From the NCBI GenBank assembly GCA_051294375.1, contig CM119269.1:21437665-21501664 (forward strand): DNA of 64,000 nucleotides, read 5' to 3'. Each line of letters begins with the position of its first letter. Position 1 is the stretch's first letter. The translations under genes were made by a program, and so were the position numbers. Under the pieces are notes generated by a model. That model did no database searches. It saw nothing but the letters and a program-made list of their open reading frames with translations, and had not been told where the DNA came from. Below, in pieces: positions 59,799 through 64,000 of the stretch. This DNA comes from Paraspadella gotoi. Lineage: Eukaryota; Animalia; Chaetognatha.

Positions 59799-60039
59799 TT
59801 TTAAAATTATTTTAAGTTCAGCATTAAAGAAGCGAGTATTAGTCGGGAAATGTTGTGACGATAAACCAGCGCTCTCAATTTTACAAAAAAATTAAGTCAT
59901 TTCAAGTGGCTTCATTGACTTGTCAAGAGTTAGATTTGAATTATTGCAATTATCTTTTATCAGTATTTACCTTTCAAGAAGAAGTTTGAGCGAACAATGT
60001 CGCGTTTGCCCAAAATTATAAAATTATTTATTAGTTTTA

Positions 60040-60697
60040 AAGAAAATAAGTTTATTTTCAACAATGATAGTTCTAATTCATTTGGGACATGTTTCGACTT
60101 TTGTGAATTACAAGTTTTCTTCAGCGCTTTTACCAGAGACCAGAGAGACATTCGAGTTTCACTTGGCCTATTTTCGCCAGGTTCCCTTGAAGATCCAACC
60201 TTGTCGCACTCTGTCACAATGTCATCACAGCCAATGACACGCCAATGACCCGATCACTTTGTGGACATCCCTTTTTGCCAACCCGGGGGGGCAGCTCATT
60301 TTGAGCTTTTTCTTTTACTTACTTTTTCACTACTCTCTTTACTTAGCTATCCCTCACTCACTTCTCATTTCCATTTCCAATTTCACCTTTCTAATTGTTT
60401 CTCTTATTAGTAATAATAATTATATTCACTAAGTCTGTACTAGTTTACCTATTTATTCTTATATTTTTGTTGTACATTGCTAATGTATTGATTCACAGTT
60501 GTTAACCTCTCTCTCTCTCCCTCTCTCTCTCTGACATTGTGACGGTTGGATCTGGAAGGGAACCAGGCGGAAATAGGCCAAGTGCAACTCGAATGTCTCT
60601 CTGGCCTCTGGTCAAAGCGCAGAAGAAGACTTGTAATTCACAAAAGTCTCAAATGAATTAAAACTATCGTTATTGCAAATAAACTGTTATTTCTTTT
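60040..60697. mobile_element. Inverted-repeat relic (arms ~170-185 bp) resembling Penelope-like pseudo-LTRs
   Basis: Arm 60040-60224 is the imperfect reverse complement of 60532-60697; the left arm contains a hammerhead core. Confidence 0.65.
60086..60124 (-). ncRNA. Minimal hammerhead ribozyme motif (degenerate)
   Basis: Minus strand CTGAAGA-A-AACTT-(GTAATTCACAA)-AAGTC-GAAAC-ATGTC. The opposite arm keeps GACTT at the base of stem II but has lost GAAACATGTC. Confidence 0.5.
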
Positions 60698-60699
60698 AC

Positions 60700-60994
60700 C
60701 TCTAATTTCCTTTAAAGGAGATACAGAACTGGAACCGGATCAAAGACTCGGGAAGAAATCACCGAAATGCAATCAAGCTCTCTCATTGGTCGAGACCCGA
60801 AATTTTACCCACGTCTCTGATCCACTTGCAATGTATAAATAGCAGTTGATTTTGTATCTGAGTATTCTGTCCAAAATTGACACCGACTTCTTGTCTGTTT
60901 TTCTATCAATAAATTCCACTTTGGTTTCATCCTGAAATCCCTGTCTTCTTACTTAAATGTGGTGGCAGCGGTGGGATTCGAACCCACACCTCCG
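60700..60994 (+). mobile_element. LTR-like segment followed by a tRNA-Leu primer-binding site extended to 35 nt
   Basis: TATAAAT (~60834) and AATAAA (~60908), then TGGTGGCAGCGGTGGGATTCGAACCCACACCTCCG, the reverse complement of a eukaryotic tRNA-Leu 3' end including CCA. The 5' boundary of the LTR is uncertain. Confidence 0.55.
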
Positions 60995-63299
60995 TCTACA
61001 AAATTATTTATTAATTACCACCCCATGGGATTTTCATTTATGATATAGCTATTATGATATCTGTGTAATTTTCAGACGAATGTCCACTTTCTCATTCCTA
61101 AATGTTAATTTTTTTTTATAACGCAATCCATCCTTGCAAACTTACGTAATTTCAGTTTCTTTCTCATTACAGTGATATAGTGATAGTGAGATAGTGTTAG
61201 CGCCATATCCACATATGTAGTGCCGTTGTATGGAAGATTGTTTTAGAGAGTTTCTGGTAATAGATAGACTAAAGTATGGAACAATACAGACAAATCGACA
61301 AGGTCCAATATAGAGTCGCCTACTGCAACTCAGCCGTGGAAAAATAAATACATTTTTTTCGTCACGGTAAAAGACAATAGAAGAAAATCAAAAATTAAAC
61401 TTGTATAAAAAAAGTTGTTCACTCATCAAAATTGATCATAGTACAATTCGTTCGCAATAATAAATATTCCTTGAAAATCACTGCGGTTACATGATTTAAT
61501 TTTTTTAATATATATTGCACAAGTCTGAAATTATTACGTCTAGTATACGAACTTATTCACTTCCTTTTGTAAGTCTTATAAATTTGTATACTAGTAAAAC
61601 TTGCAGAAAAACCGTGTCTAAATTTAAGCCAGAACATTTAATGACATTTGGCGCGTTCCCATCGTAAAAAAGATCAAAAGTTCGTCTCTTAGATTTAAAA
61701 AAAGAGAAACATATTAGATTCAACTAAAATTCATTACTTTGTTTAGAATTTCTTGTAAGTCTATCATGGTTGTTTGAGTCAAATCTTAAAATTGTTTGTT
61801 CCAAAAATGAAAACTAGTCTGAAGCAAAAAGAATTGTTACACTTACAGAAAAATAAAATGCATCTTGGCGATCTGAAAAAGGGCAAATCAAATTCAAAGC
61901 CTTAAGTTTTTATTCATAATCTCTAATTACTACAAATATAAGTTTTTTTCATACTCCTATCCTTAATTATCCCTCATCCAACGATTTCATGATTGCGAGA
62001 CTACTTCTCGGAAAAGAAACCAATCCATTCCACTCGTGACATTCGAATATTTATATCAAAATTAATGATACTGCGGTTCAAACTCAACTAGTAATATAAT
62101 ATATATATAATATAATATATATAATAATAGTAGTATAATTTCGCGACTAACAAAATATTCGTATTCTTTTGTCTAACTTAAATTTATGGAGTCCTCTTTG
62201 TAGTGACATCTGGCGGAGTTTTGTAAAATATACCAACAAAAGAACGCTTACTTTTTTTACCGCGAAGTCCCAGGATATACAAAATATATACTTAAAAATA
62301 GTTTAGAAATAGTAACTAAAAGAAGTAACTTGTTAAGATCAATGTTTTAAATAGCTAAAAACTGAGGTATTATAATAAACAAGGCAATGCAGTTGAACAG
62401 CTGCGTGCTCCGAGCTTTGAACAGTCATGACAGGTTTTTTTACGATTCAATTAAATCGATTTCCGCGGTTTTTGTTTTTTTTTGTTTTTTTTACGGTCAA
62501 CCGACGCACGATTTTATTTAAATCCTTTAACTATAAGTAATAAAAAAGAAAGACTACGATGTGTCGCATGCACCGAAACTTTTAAGCTATAAATAAATAA
62601 TATTATAATTAATAATATTTCTACTTTATCACAACGATGTGGGAGGACTTAACGAGAAAAGTCCCCAAGTATTATCAATCTTTTTTATTCATTTCCCGGT
62701 TCGCAAAAGAGAATCAAAGAGAAAGCGAGTACGCTTTTTTTCCCTGATCGAATTTGACGTTTCAAAGGAGACAACGGGGGCCGCATCGAGCATATTCACA
62801 GGTCCTCCTCCGGGCCCGGCTCGATCCCGGTGGATCATCGACCCGGAGTAGAATTTCAACTCTGCCCGAGTGTCTTCCTCAAGATAAAAAAAAGTAAAAG
62901 TAAATGTTGTAAGCGAACGAAAACCAAAATAATCTCTTCAATTTTACTCTAATTGACTCTTTTTTAAAAATTTTTTCAATAAATCTTCAAATCTCTCTCT
63001 CTCTATCGCGCGCGAGAGATCTGGGTCCNNNNNNNNNNTTTTAAATTTTTTTTCAATAAATCTTCAAATCTCTCTCTCTCTATCGAGAGATCTGGGTCCG
63101 TAGCATTGGCTCACGACCTCCCATGTCAAATATTTTCAGAAGCTTCTCTTTTTTTTTAATAGGTCTCTTCTCCTTTTAATAATTAAAGTTTTTAATTATC
63201 GATCCTCGATTTAAGATAACTCGTTTCTTTTTGTCTGAAAAGAAAATATTTCGCCCAAGTTTCGTACCGAGAGCAGGTTTTTAAGTAAAGAGAAATATT

Positions 63300-63321
63300 C
63301 TTCTCTCTCTCTCTCTCTCTG

Positions 63322-63400
<79 letters not shown>
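63300..63400. repeat. (CT)n microsatellite
   Basis: Direct inspection. Confidence 0.9.
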
Positions 63401-64000
63401 AAAGGATTGATACTGCACTAGTTTTAATTTCGCGTTTCAACTTTGACACACTTTTACTAATTTAGACCTCAGAAAATCTCAAATCTTACGTTTATTTTAC
63501 TGTTTTATGGACTAATTTGCGTGGTTTTTTTGGGGGGTCAGTTATTGGATTAAAATTTATTTTGTTACACGCCAAACGAATTAAAATCATTGACTAATTT
63601 AATGTCAAAATTAGGAATTTTCATTCTGTCGTCAGATAAAGCAACTTTTTTTCTACAGGGTCTATCATCTAAAACGAAGATCGATAGAAAAATCTTCCGA
63701 AATTTTTCAAAGTTTTGTTATCATTTTTTTCCTTCAAACTTTAAAGTTCTTCTCGAGTTTCCTTCACAGCCAGGCGCCTGGCGCCCTCTTTGGGAACGAT
63801 TTTGTAACGGAAAATCCTCTTATAATATTTTTTAATATTTTATAATATTTTTGTCTGAATAATTTCATTATAAAACTTTGAATGCTTTAAAAAGTTTTAA
63901 ACGTTGGAAGGATGTGGCTCTAAAATATTTACTATGAACTCCAATTAAGTTAAAAATTAAAACTGACAAAGAATGACAATCGCTAATTATACTTATGTTT

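Noticed and set aside
60960-60994. Functional tRNA-Leu gene
   Set aside because: Only the 3' 35 nt are present and CCA is encoded; there is no D arm or anticodon arm.
62690-62880. Possible minus-strand terminal exon (EDTRAELKFYSG..LLRTGK*)
   Set aside because: A single GC-rich open stretch with a weak acceptor; no upstream exons or homology can be supported within the window.

Overview
AT-rich, intron- and microsatellite-rich eukaryotic DNA, most likely from an invertebrate animal. It comes from a draft assembly with N-gaps, and the first ~23 kb carries error-rich duplicated segments. Reading exons and splice phases by hand gives three phase-consistent multi-exon genes. (1) A plus-strand, low-complexity orphan gene (9913-31009, at least 7 exons, ~650 aa). 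(2) A minus-strand 17-exon secreted DD3-3-family gene (44534-32603, 913 aa) whose conserved core is interrupted by one C-type lectin domain and two PAN/apple-like domains; a truncated DD3-3 pseudogene just upstream (48397-~47060) lacks the second PAN insert. (3) A minus-strand 11-exon animal-type GH13 alpha-amylase (59798-52529) fused through a Gly/Ser linker to a C-terminal trefoil (P-type) domain, with one 1-nt frameshift. Repeats include DINE-1/HINE-like Helentron derivatives, TA-flanked MITEs, a Tc1-like non-autonomous element, tRNA-derived SINEs, Penelope-type hammerhead-ribozyme relics inside inverted repeats, and an LTR-like segment followed by a 35-nt copy of the tRNA-Leu 3' end. Family assignments rest on recognised motifs, not on database searches.
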